This document shows, piece after piece, positions 14,501-26,529 of a stretch of DNA of 53,367 nucleotides (position 1 is the stretch's first letter; every line of letters starts with the position of its first letter). Source of the DNA: Microthyrium microscopicum (taxonomy: Eukaryota); contig MU004236.1 of NCBI GenBank assembly GCA_010405405.1, positions 2,362,070-2,415,436 of the forward strand. The letters run 5' to 3'. Position numbers and translations under genes: made by a program. The notes under the pieces were generated by a model. It was given only the letters and a program-made list of their open reading frames with translations. It did not search any database and was not told the origin of the DNA.

Positions 14501-16952
14501 TTAGTATTAGTATAATATCCTTTTTTACTATAATAAATATAACATTTCTTAGCTTTTAGTACTTAGAATATATTTAAGGATTAAAAGATATTATTAGTTT
14601 TAGCGTTAGTATTATTTCCTTAATTAAAAGATTAATTATTTCTTTAACGTAAGTTATTCTAATATAGGTTACTATTATTTAGATTTATATTAGTATTTAG
14701 TTTATAGTTAATATAATAACTAACGTTATAAAGTTAAATATAAAAGGTAGTAAAGTCTTTAATATTATAAGCTACTAAGAAATTTATAAACTTCTTTAGG
14801 ATTAGATCTTTAAGTTTAATAATCTTCTTACGTTTATTAAGTTTTATATTTATAAAGTTAGCTTTAAATTATTCTAAGAACCCTTAAAGAGTCTTAGAAT
14901 CTTTTATTTTAGCTTTAGGTAACTTTAACTAAGCTTTAGTATCCTTAAAACTATTTTTAGAATAAAAGTAGCTATTTAGATTAGCTTATATTTTATTTAT
15001 ATACTTATATAAGTTCTTTAATTCTCTACCTCTCTAAATAATAGTAAAGTTATAAGTAGTATTAGTAAAGTATTAGTAAATAAACTTAATCTTTTTCTTT
15101 TCTATTAGGACGTATAAATATATTTTATTATTAAGTAGAATATTAAGTATCTTCTTCTTCTATATCTTATACTTAGTTATATTAATTCTAGTAAAGTTAC
15201 TAAGTTCTTTAAAATAAAGGTAACTACCTACTACGCTTATAGTAGTTAATAATAAAGTTAGATATTATATATCTATAAGTTAAGTATTACCTAATACTAC
15301 TAAATATATAAAATTTAATATATAATAACCTAGAATAGTATTATCTTCTAAATCTTTATAATTAATATAAAGAGGTAGTACTATAACTAATACTACTTAT
15401 AGCTATTCTTCTAGTTTAGTAATCTTAGTATATAGTAAGCTAACTAATTCTTAATACTAAAAATTAGTAGCTTATTTAGTCTTTAACTTTATAATAGCCT
15501 ATTATTTAGACTAGCGTACTATATTTAATTTAATAATATAATTACGTTATAACTAGTTAATATAGGCTTAAACGTCCTCTATTAAATATTACTAATCTAT
15601 AGCTTTATTTTATAAGGTTTTAAACAACTTCTTAAGATAAGTTATATTAAAGTTTAATTCTAAGAAGTTCTTTATAATAGTATTCTATACTAATCTTAAA
15701 AACTAATAGTAAAGAGCTATAGTTTATAATATTACTAATATAGTATAAAGTTATTTAAAGAAATCTTTAAGATAGCTAAATTTAATATAATAGTATAAGA
15801 AATCTTCTTCTTTAATAGTAAGATATTAATCTTATACTAGGTTTAATAAGTCTACTTTATTTTAGTAAATTACTAATACTTATTTTCTCTATTTTAGTTT
15901 AATTCTATATAAGGCCTATATAAATAAAGGCTTATCTACTACTAATAGAGTAATATTATAGTTTAAGTCTATAAATATAATAGGTAAATAGGAAAGAAAT
16001 CCTAAAAAGACGTTTAAAGAGTTAAGTTAACTAAGTAATAAATCTAATTAGAGTTATATATCTTTTAGAAGACGTACTTTATTATTATCTAATACTTCTA
16101 CTATACGTTTCTTTCCTTTAATTACTTTTACTATAAAAAAGCTAGCAATCTAAGTAGTACTAAAGGTTAGCGCCTTTTTCTTTAATTCTAACTCTTTTAT
16201 TAACGCTATAATAAGTACTACTTTAAAAGTTTTCTCTACTTCCTAAATATCTATAGTATTCTAACGTAGAAATTTAGCGTCTTTATTATTAGAGAGTCCT
16301 TTATCTTTCTTAAATATTAAAAAGAGTTTAATAGTATCTTAAACTCTAAGTAGTTTATATTAAAGAATTAACTATAAGGTTAATATCTAATTAGCTTTTA
16401 TATCTAATATAACTAACATAGCCTTTAAGAAGTATTTATATAAGTCATAAAAAGGTAGAGAACGCTCTAATAAATAAGATTATAAATATTTACGTTTAAG
16501 ATAAAGAAAATAAAGTAGTATACTATAATTAGCGTGCTAATTATTCTAGTAATCTATAATAATATTATTTCTATTATTATTAGAACTAATCTAATAGAAT
16601 AATAGATATTTTTAGATAAAAAATAAAGTATATATAAGTAGATAGTAAGTAGAGAAGATATAGAAACGTCTTTATAGATTATTAGTAAAAGAATACAGTA
16701 AGATAAACACTTTAACTACTTTATACTCTTTATTTTAGTAAACAACGCTAAAAAGGCGCTTATTTAATTAAGTATTTATAGCTTTACTAGTACCTTCTAT
16801 AAAGATCTAAATAACGCTAATCCTAACTAAGAATAGTACTACTAATTTATTATTATTATTTAATAAATTTAAGCATAACTTTAGTTAGTAGCAATTTAGT
16901 AATATATAATAAATATATAGAATTATTTTTTAGTATAAAGGTACGTAAATTA

Positions 16953-17174
16953 TATAAGGAGCTATTAGGTATAATTAGATAAGTAGAATATAGCTAATAT
17001 TATAGGATCTATATACAAAGAGAGGAGATCTAGAGATAGAGCTATAGATATAAAGATATAGAGCCTAAAGGATCCTTAGATATACTAATCCTAAACAAGA
17101 TAAAGAGATCTTATCTATAGAATTAGATCTCTAGATCCAACACCAAAATACTAAACCTATAAGGATTCCTCACA
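16953..17174 (-). repeat. Gypsy A 5' LTR (222 bp)
   Basis: Direct repeat of 1860-2081; ends ...GATTCCTCACA followed by the TSD AGGTA. Confidence 0.94.
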
Positions 17175-20100
17175 AGGTATTAGATTAAGATTAGCTCTTT
17201 TAAGGCATTTAAAAGAAATAAAAGTTTTACTTCTATTATAGATATTAAGACTATCTTCTAACGTAAAGATTACTAGCTAATAAGTTTTCTAAATAAGTTA
17301 AATAAGAAACCCTAGATTAATCTTTAAGTCTCTTAATTATCTATAAATATAGTATTATAGGCTATAAGAAATACTTCTTTACTAGTAGTAAATACTTTAA
17401 TAGTTCTATAATACTTAAGTATAAAGTATTTTATTGCTTAAAGATATAAAATAGTTCTCTTAATCTTATAGTAATAAAGCTTAGAAGGATTCTAGTTAAA
17501 ATAGCTTAAATAAAAGGCTATATAATAGATATCTAGCCTATATACTATTATAAGGTAGATTATAAAGCTATAATATATTTAGAAGATATAGATTTAATCT
17601 TTAGATACCTATTCTTTATTTAGAATAAGTTTAATAAGATTTAAGATAAAAATAACGTATTTAGTCTTCTTTATAATATTAAGCTAGAATTTAGTACTAA
17701 TTTTATTAATATACTAGTCCTATAAGATCTAAAGCTTTTAATTAGCTTAATCTTAAAGTATTTAAATATTAAGAAAGCTTTTTAAAGTACTTAAATCCTT
17801 TATAGTATAGCGTATACTAAGTTTATATTTTATCTTATCTACTTCTACTTAATATACTTTTAGTAAAAGAAGGAAGAAATTATTAATATAATAAAAAAAG
17901 AAGATAAAATACTAAATATATTTAAAAAGATAAAAGTTTTCTAAAATAAGCTTAAACTTTATTATATAAAGAATAGCTCTTATATCTTAATACTATAGTA
18001 ATAAAGATCTTAGTAATCTATAAAGAGTATAATAAAGTAGTAAAACTTTTCTAAGGATATTAAAGCCTTTAAAATATTAAACTAAAACTATTTTATCTAG
18101 AATAGTATTTAGAAAGATATTTATAGTATTAAATTAGTAAAGATCTAAATTAAACGTAGCTATTAATATAAGAATTATATATAATATATAGTAAGCTTTA
18201 GTAATAGTATAAATCTCTAGTTTTAAATTTTAGTACTATAGATTTCTTCTTATATAGATTCTAGCCTTATATTTAAAAAGAAAGCTATTTAAATTATACT
18301 TCTCTAAAAATACTTACTTTAAGAGTAGAATAAGCTTATTAATTTAAGAAGTATAGACCTCTTTAAATATACCTTATTCTTAAAGTATTTTAATCTTAAT
18401 TCTAGTAACTAAAAGATACTAGTCTTAATTAAGGCATTTTATTATTTTAAACTATATTTTTAGTAATTCTAATATATCTTTTTTATAGTAGTATTAAACT
18501 AAAGCTATAAAGAATATATAATATAATAAGATAAGGAAGTAAGGTTTATAAAGTACTAGATTAATAATCCTTAAAAATTATAGAATATAATTACTTCTTA
18601 TAGCGCGTATAAAGATATTTTAAAAAGCTTAGATCTCTTATTTATACTTAGTAATATATTACTATTTTAAGCAAGCTATTAGAGTAGCTAGTAGTAGTAC
18701 TAGTAGAATTATAGAAGTAGAATTTTCTAAAGTATTCTCTCTTAATTTAGTATATTCTTAAGTAGGTAATAGACTTATAAAAGGTATTAGATATTATAAA
18801 GAAGGCTAAGATAGTAGTAATAGTATAAAATTAGACGTTATTAGCTAATTGTTAAATATAAGTTAATTAGAATCATTTTTAGAAGTCTAATAATTATCTT
18901 ATTCTTACTATTAAGTATCCTATGCCCCCTAATTTTAATTAGGCTATTATTTAGCTTCTTATAAGTTAAATATACTACTACTAATATCTATTTTAAGATA
19001 AGAGAGTAGTATATTTAGAAATATATTAGTAAATTAGTTATTAATTATAGTAAGCATAGTAGTATTAAATTTAATAATTTTATTAATTATAATATTTTAT
19101 GCTTTAATAATATAGTTATTTAAAGAAATCTAGACTTTAAAGATATTGCTTCTAATATAATTTATTAGCTAACTTTTAATTAAGTAAGATTAAAGCTTCT
19201 TAAGCTTTAGAATATTAGAATTATAAATATAGGCTTTTAAGCTAATAATTTAAACTAATAAGAAATCTAGTACTTATTTAAATACTATCTTAAAGAGTAT
19301 TCTCTAATTTAGCTACTTCTTTAGGATCCTATTAAGTAGATATATTATTAAGTAAGTAAGTTTAAGCTATAATATATCTAGAAGGCTACTATATTATTTT
19401 AATACTTTTATAATAAATATTAGGATTTATCTTAATACTTTTATAAGACTATTTTATAAAGCAATATAGGGTATAGATAGTTCTTTAATAATATTATTTA
19501 GCTAAATCTTATTATTTTATTTCTTACCTATTATAGCTTTATAATCCTTATAGATTTAAAGAACCTTATATTTAATATTACCTATTTTATAACCTATATT
19601 CTTAATAATAATAAATACGTAGCATAAAAATTAAATATAGTTCTCTTATATCTTTTAAGGAAGTATTTTTAGTAGATAAAACTTTATAATAGTATAGTAA
19701 GTATAGATAATCTAATAATTATTATTATAGCCTTTCTTAACCTAAATTAGATTAATATAAAGCTTCTTAAAGGGCTTTAAGCCTAAATTTATTAATTAAT
19801 AAGAGATTTATTTCTTTTACTTTATTTTAATATAGATTTTATAGAAATAGTTATTATCTTTAGTATCTTTAAAAAGAGTAATGTTTAGAGTAATTTTTAC
19901 GCCTTTAGTAATATATTCTATATAAGATACTATAGCTTTACTAATATAATCTATCTATTAGTACTATTTAGATATAAAAGCTATAGAAGTATAAGAAAGT
20001 AATAATATTATAAGAAAAATATAGTAAGAATTATTTTTAAAGAGAAAATAAACGTTAGAAGAGATAATTTTAGCTAAAAGCTTTCCTATTTTAATATACC

Positions 20101-20608
20101 TAATCTAGCTTATTTTATTATTCTAATAATATTTTATAGCTTTTATTTTATAATAGGAAGCTAGATTCTTATAGAAGCTAGGTATATAAGCAATATTATA
20201 AAGAGTAACTATTTAGTATTCTTTAGAGCCTAAAATAATAATATCTATATTACTATATTTTATAACTTATAAAGAGACCCTACTATAGATTAAAAAACTA
20301 AAAATACTCTTATATATTTTAAAGTAGGATTTATTATTATAAATATATATATCTATTCTAGAATTAAGAATAAACCTTTTATTAAGAAATATTTTAACTA
20401 CTATAGATATTATAACTTTTATAACTACTATTCTAATACCTATATATTTAATTAGTTTAGGTAGTTAGTTATTATTACTATACTTTTATTCTTACTTTTC
20501 TTAAAGGATATAATTTACTTTAGCTTTAAGTATAAGATTCTTAAGGCTTTTCTTAACTTTAGCTTCTACTTTAGGGTTAAGATACTATTTATTTAAATAT
20601 TTATTAAG

Positions 20609-22515
20609 AAAAAGGACCTTCTTTGGCTCCCACACGGCTTGATTCGCACTACTTCATTAATATAATTTAAATAAACCATCAGAATCCCTTTGCTAACGCT
20701 TAGGGATTACTTTTATAAATTTTTAGCTAGACGCCTGCACGCGCTACAGTATTATTACGGCTAGAATAATAGCTAAACTAAACGACTAAAACATAGAAGA
20801 ACGAGACTCTAATTTTAAGAGCTATAAGAGCTTACTTAATAGTAACCCTTTAGAACTACTTAGTATAGTTAACATAGTAGAGATATCCCTATCTAAAATA
20901 TAAAAAGGTATACAAAAAGGATTAGAAATAATTATCTTAAAATAAGTCCTCTATAATACTATAGAGGAGCTTATTAAGCTAAAGAACTACGTCCTTTATT
21001 AAGAGGAAGAGCCTCTAGTAGCTAAATACCTTACCCCTAAACCTATCTTCCTTAAAACTATCCTTAATTAGCTTAATAAGATTAAAGTAGTAGTTTAACA
21101 TTATTCTACTATACTAGCTCTAAAGCTATATTCCTAGGTAGTAATTACTTCCTATACTAAACTATATATAAGCAAATTAAAAGGTTATTCTATTATTTTA
21201 TAACTTAAGGTAGGATAATATATAAGGACTCTTCTAAAAGTCCTTAAGGAACTTAAAAAGATATTTATAGGTACTATAGGCATATGCCCTCTATAAAGTA
21301 ATAATCTTTAAATTATCTTTAAAGACGCTAAATAAAAAAATTAGGCTTAGTACCTAACCATTAAAGGCGCGTAGGTACTTTAGTAAAATTATTCTATTAA
21401 AGTAGCTAGCGTATCCTTAAAAAGTATTAGTAATAGGGTTTATTATAGTAAGAAAGTAGATAATTATAACTTAGGGTTTATTAAGGCCCTAAATAAGAAT
21501 AACTAGCACCTTTCTACTATTACTAGGGTAAGCTAGATCTATAGTAATAAAATATTAATCTTAGAGAAGAAGAGATTATCCTTTATTATATATCTCCCTA
21601 TAAAGGGTCTTTAAGAAACCACTATAGCTTAAAGGCTAATAATTAAAGGCGTATAGTATAGTTATAAACTCTAGGCTATAACGCTAGCTAGTACCTATTA
21701 CTATTAGTATAGTATCTAGGGATATATATAGTCTTTCTATTTAGTAGAAGCTTACTATAGACACTATATAGATAAGTATAATATATAGAACTATAAAATA
21801 AAAAGTAAAAGTAAATAGTGCTTAAATTATAGTTATAAATATAATTATTAGAATAAATCCTATAGTATTTATAAGAGTATTACTTTAGTAGTAGACGCTC
21901 TTTAGGTAACCTTATTTAAACGTATTATTAACTTATAGAATAGCATAGCTTAATAGAATTATAGTAATATAAACTTATTACTAAAGAATAAATATATACC
22001 TATTGCTATACTAAAAGCTAGCCCTATAAAAGGCCCTAGAAAGCCTCTAGCCTTAGCTATAGCAAAATCTACTCTAGAATAGTAATCCCTTAACTTTATA
22101 CCTACTTATCTAGAACCTTTAGGCATAGCTACGCCTATAGCTATATTAAGAAGGAAGATTGCTATAGCTATCTTAGCAAGTATCTATAAGGCTACTAAAA
22201 TAGCTCTAGTAAACCTAGTAGAGTTTAAGGAAGTAGACGAAGAGGTTTAGATAAAGTTAGATAAGTAGGAAGAAGATTAAACGAAGTAAAAGTATTTTAT
22301 AGAATGGCCTATTAATAGCTATAAGGTTAACGTTCTATAATAGATAAATAGACGCTAGAGCGCCTATAGCGCTCTACTAGGGCAAATAGTATAGTTTTAT
22401 TCCCTTAAGGGTTTCTACTATAAATAGTTGATATAGTCTGCATACGCTTATTAAAGTAGCGTATTTAGACCCCTTACGGGGTCTAAACGAACTAGACAAT
22501 AAAGAGATTTATATA
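20609..22515 (+). mobile_element. ORF1-only non-LTR (LINE-like, Tad1/I-type gag) element, RIP-mutated; inserted in the copia gag
   Basis: Flanking direct repeat TAAATATTTATTAA(G/A) at 20594-20608 and 22516-22530. One reconstructable frame of ~504 codons (20766-22280) carries three zinc knuckles at 21699-21863 (CX2CX4HX4C, CX2CX3HX4C, CX2CX3HX6C). There are no LTRs or TIRs and no room for endonuclease/RT. Two hairpins and AATAAA lie at the 3' end. Confidence 0.8.
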
Positions 22516-25063
22516 TAAATATTTATTAAATTAAAGATAGAAATAATTATTATAGAGTTCTATTTTACTATAAAAATAAAGAGGAGTTATTTTTTTATCC
22601 TTTTAAGAACTTTATAATCTAGATATTAAGAAAAGTTAATAAGTATTTATATTTAAAAAAGTCTTCTTAGGTTAAAATATCTCTTCTTAAGTTTTTCTAT
22701 TAAGAATAGTAGTAAAAGTAATACTAAATTATAATACTAGTATAGTTTTCTTATTATAAATAGTCTAATATTTCTTAATATATTCTAAAAGAATAAGTTA
22801 TTTACCTTTTATATAATAATAAGTAAATTATATTTAGGTACTAAGGTAAGAAGCTTAAGTAGTATCTATAAAAGTATCTATAAGCTATTTCTTAGAGATT
22901 CTATCCTTATTATAAAGAGAACTTTCTTTTTAAAGAAATATCTAGTAAGTTAGCTAGAGTTATAATTCTTACTATTTATACCTTTTTCTTAAAGTATTAA
23001 ATTCTTTATCTAGCTTTAAAATTATACTAGTTTAGAAAGAATAAATACTTTTCTAAAGTACTTAAAATATATCTTAAGCCTTAAAGATATTAGTAATATA
23101 GTTCTAAAGACTTTTAGATACTATTTTATTTAAGAAGTTATTAATCTTAACTATAACGTTTTTAGTATCTTAATACTCTTAGTAATCTAAATTATATATC
23201 TATAATAGGATATTATATTCTTAAGTAAAAATTAACTCTACTATTTAAGTAAGTTAATCTTTACTATTTTCTATAGATACTTAAGAAATAGTAAGTTCTA
23301 CTAAATATATTTTAAATAAGTGTACTAATTCTTTTAGAAAAAAACTAGTTCCTTCTAAATTAATATAATCCTATATATCTAGAATATATACTTACTATTT
23401 TATAAAATTAATCTAGATATACTAGTTATTATTATTTTTTAATATAATTACTATAGAAAGATTACTAGTAGTTACTATTATAAATAATCCTTCTATAAGC
23501 TTCTATATAGTATACTTAGGAATAATACCTAGCTTTCTATAAAGACTAATATCTCTAATACTACTCTAATTAGAAAGTAAAAACTTAGTATATAGAAGAA
23601 GAAGAAAAAGAAGAGGAAGAAAGTATTTTATACCTCTAAGAATTAAGGGATTACCTATTTAAGCAATTTATATTAAGTTTATTTAAAAGAAGTATGTATA
23701 AGCTTATAATAAGTACTTCTAGTAAATACTACTACCTTCTTAGAAATAGAATATAAAATAATTAGATACTTATATATCTTTACTAAGTATTCCTTCTACT
23801 CTACTTAGGAATAGAATATAAAATAATTAAATATTTATATATCTTTACTAAATATACCTTCTAGTTATAGTATACTAAGCCTAGACTAAAGTACTAAAAT
23901 TAAGTTAATAATAGTAAGATTACTAATAATATTTTATAAGAATTTAGAATATACTTAAAAGTAGCGTAGGTTTTAGTATTACTATAGCTAAGGTAGTAAA
24001 AAGATTAAGTTCTTAAAGTTAAGGAATAATAATAGTAGTTTATATAATATTAATAATAAGTTTCTCTAAGAGATCTACTTAGTAGCTTAGGTTTATAAAA
24101 AAGGAAGTAGTAAGTATAGTAATATAGTTACTATTAAGAAGTTAGAAGATATTATCTAGCACTACTAATACTAAGACTATTAATATACTCTAGTACTACT
24201 AATACTAAAACTATTAACGTACTAAGATAATAAAGAGATTAAGTCTTTAAAGGTAAGAACTACTAGTAGTTAAGTCCTTAAAGTTAAGAAAGTAATAGTA
24301 ATAAAAGAACTATTAAAGACTAAAAAACTAAATAGTAACTAAAAATAGTAAGAAGTATTATTTATGCTTTATTTCTATAAATACTAAAGCTATTAGCATA
24401 TTTTAGTACTATTAATACTAAAGCTATTAGTATACTAAGTATTTAAGGAAGTAATAGCTTTTAAGAACTATTAAAGATAAGAAGACATTAAGATCTTAAT
24501 AGTAAAAGTTATATAAATATTAAATATAGTAGAAAGAGTATTAGTAAAGGCGTAGATAAGATAAAGCTTAAAGTATATAATAAAGAAGAGAAAAAGAAGA
24601 GGAAGAAAAGAGAGAATAAAAGAATATTTATACCTCTAAGGTTTATAAAATTACCTTTTTAAGTAATTTCTTAATTTAATCTATTAATTCCTTACTTTTT
24701 CTTATTATTAAATAACGTAATAAGGTTCTCTTATTACTTCTTAATAATTTAAATAGATATTATAAATAGTAAAGTAATAAAGAGAGGTATAAGTTACTAT
24801 AAAAAAGAATAGGTAAAATAAAGTACTTCTTAACTCTACTCTAAAAGAGTAGTAGCTCTAAATAATAGTTCTAGCTTTAGTAATAATTATAACTTTAAAA
24901 GTAATATTATAAGTTAATCTATAATCTAAATATTAGGTATTAATACTAAAACTAGTATATAGTAATAGCTAAAATTTAGGAAATTATAATAATATAGTTT
25001 ATAAAGAATTTACGTATAGAATAATAAAATAATAAAAGTATATTAGAATATTAGGCTTATAAC

Positions 25064-25358
25064 TAATAAAATATAGTTTATATAGCTTAAGGAATATAGA
25101 ATTAATAAAGAAAATATTAAAGAATCTAATTAACTAACTATTATAATAACTATAGTATTTATACTCTATTAAAGATATAAAACGTATCTTCTTAAAGCCT
25201 AGAATTTAGGCTATAATAAAGGCAAAAGTAATATATAAAAAAGGGTAGAAAAGGTAAAAAGATGTAATAGCTAATAGAGGCTAAATTTTGGTGTTTTTGC
25301 TTCCTAATCCTAGATCAGGACTAGCGCGGATCCAGGGTTTGGAACGAACCTTCTGTCA
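25064..25358 (-). repeat. Copia 5' LTR (295 bp)
   Basis: Direct repeat of 1026-1320. It ends TTCTGTCA and is followed immediately by the TSD GGAAG. Confidence 0.95.
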
Positions 25359-25363
25359 GGAAG

Positions 25364-26116
25364 TCCATGCAAGAAGGCGATATGGACGCTGCAGATCGAC
25401 ACCGCATAGAAGCTGCCATGGCCTTTGGAGTCTTGAGTAACAGTGTCCCAACGGTTTTCTGGGTGCTTCTAGACGTCTTCTCTCGACCAGATCTTCTAGT
25501 CCAACTACGAGAAGAGATTGAGACAAACGCTGTCACTATTCAGTCCAGGGATGGAAAACCAGCCCATATCATTGATCTCGCTGCTATTCGCGACAGCTGT
25601 CCGCATTTCGTATCAACCTTCCAAGAAGTACTCCGTCTTCGAAATCTGAGTGCTTCCACTCGCTCAGTAGTCAATGACATCGTGTTAGATGATCAATATC
25701 TCCTGAAGAAGGGCTCGCTTGTTCAGATGCCCTCGCAGTACTTCAACGTTCGAAAAGCAGTTTGGGGAGACGATGCTAAGTTGTTCGACTCCAAACGTTT
25801 TTTATCCAAAGAAGTTGGCACTGGAAAGACAAGGGGCTTTATTGCTTTTGGCACCACTCCGCACATATGCCCAGGACGACATTTTGCGAGTGGCGAAGTC
25901 CTTGCCATTGCAGCAATGGTGTTTCTGCGGTACGACATGGTGGCTATTAATGGCTGGAAAGAACCGAAGCTCTCATCTACAGCGTTGACAGCGTCGATTA
26001 CACCACCTAAAGATCCCTATTTGGTCTCGATCAGTGCAAGAGATGCGTACAAAGATACGACCTGGGAGTTTGCCGTCACTGAAGGTAAAGGGCGGTTCAA
26101 CCTGATCATTGGATAA
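25364..26116 (+). pseudogene. Cytochrome P450, 3' part (I-helix, ExxR, heme-binding loop)
   Basis: Continues in frame after the TSD (K|SMQEGD...). Motifs: GVLSNSVPT (I-helix), EVLR (ExxR), DSKRF (PERF-like) and FGTTPHICPGRHFA (heme Cys). The joined exons total 1542 nt (513 aa) with no stop codon. Confidence 0.93.
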
Positions 26117-26529
26117 AGATTCATTCCAAGCGGACAGCATGACGGCAAAATAAAGGGGGTGCTGCTATGAACTACTCTCCATGTTCACGTTGGCGCCGCT
26201 CGCAATTAGACTGTTTTAGTTAGTACCGTCCAGGGCGGTCAGGCTTGGATATTTTCTCGATTGCGAGGGCAAAATTGTCAGTCTCTACTGAAAAGAGGTG
26301 GTAGCAGCCGTTGCATTGAACGACTTTTCTAGTCCAGACTCCAGAATCAGATCAAGACTGGACTGCTGGACTGGATGTCTTGTTGTGCACGTGACTACGT
26401 GTCATTACCGCGTTGTGATGTTGACGAAACTTATCTCTCTTCATCAATCTTCTCTTTTTGCGCATCAAGTTATCCAACTCACTTTCCGAACTTCGCAGCC
26501 TCACGAACTCCGGCCGTCCTCCTCTCATC

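Larger units (their letters stand above)
1860..17174 (-). mobile_element. Ty3/gypsy chromovirus A, RIP-inactivated; ~7.66 kb without its nested insert; inserted in the copia RNase H
   Basis: 222-bp LTRs and TSD AGGTA (1855-1859, 17175-17179). A polypurine tract lies on the minus strand next to 2082. De-RIPed minus-strand motifs: protease ILIDTG ~13955, RT YLDDILVF ~12755, integrase ~3100-3800, chromodomain KYRIKW...EFH..HPDKPGP ~2460-2590. Confidence 0.92.
1026..25358 (-). mobile_element. Ty1/copia LTR retrotransposon, RIP-inactivated; ~7.1 kb once nested inserts are removed
   Basis: 295-bp LTRs at both ends and a 5-bp TSD GGAAG (1021-1025, 25359-25363). De-RIPed minus-strand motifs occur in copia order: CCHC ~20450-20500, protease ILDSGT ~20350, integrase PY..QNG.AE ~19450, RT LYGL.RSPLLW ~18000, YVDD-like ~17880 and RPDI ~17530, RNase H ISWQS..Q..VS.STTEAE ~17230 continuing with KHIDI ~1735 and ADGLTK ~1640. 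PBS-like GTTAT(G)AGCC lies at 25054-25063. Confidence 0.92.

Noticed and set aside
20609..20760. Possible self-cleaving (HDV-like) ribozyme at the 5' end of the LINE-like element
   Set aside because: I could not fit the nested double-pseudoknot pairing by eye; only a simple hairpin is supportable.
20609..22515. Fot1/Pogo-type DNA transposon, suggested by the ~1.9-kb size
   Set aside because: No terminal inverted repeats, the TSD is ~15 bp rather than TA, and the ORF has LINE-type zinc knuckles with no DDE motif seen.
1026..25358. AT-rich block as a mitochondrial insertion, contamination or a giant intron
   Set aside because: It is fully explained by LTR pairs, TSDs and RIP-type transitions. 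It starts TA and ends CA, so it has no GT-AG boundaries.
1026..25358. Starship or other single giant element
   Set aside because: No tyrosine-recombinase captain or cargo genes were seen, and the length is accounted for by four retroelements.
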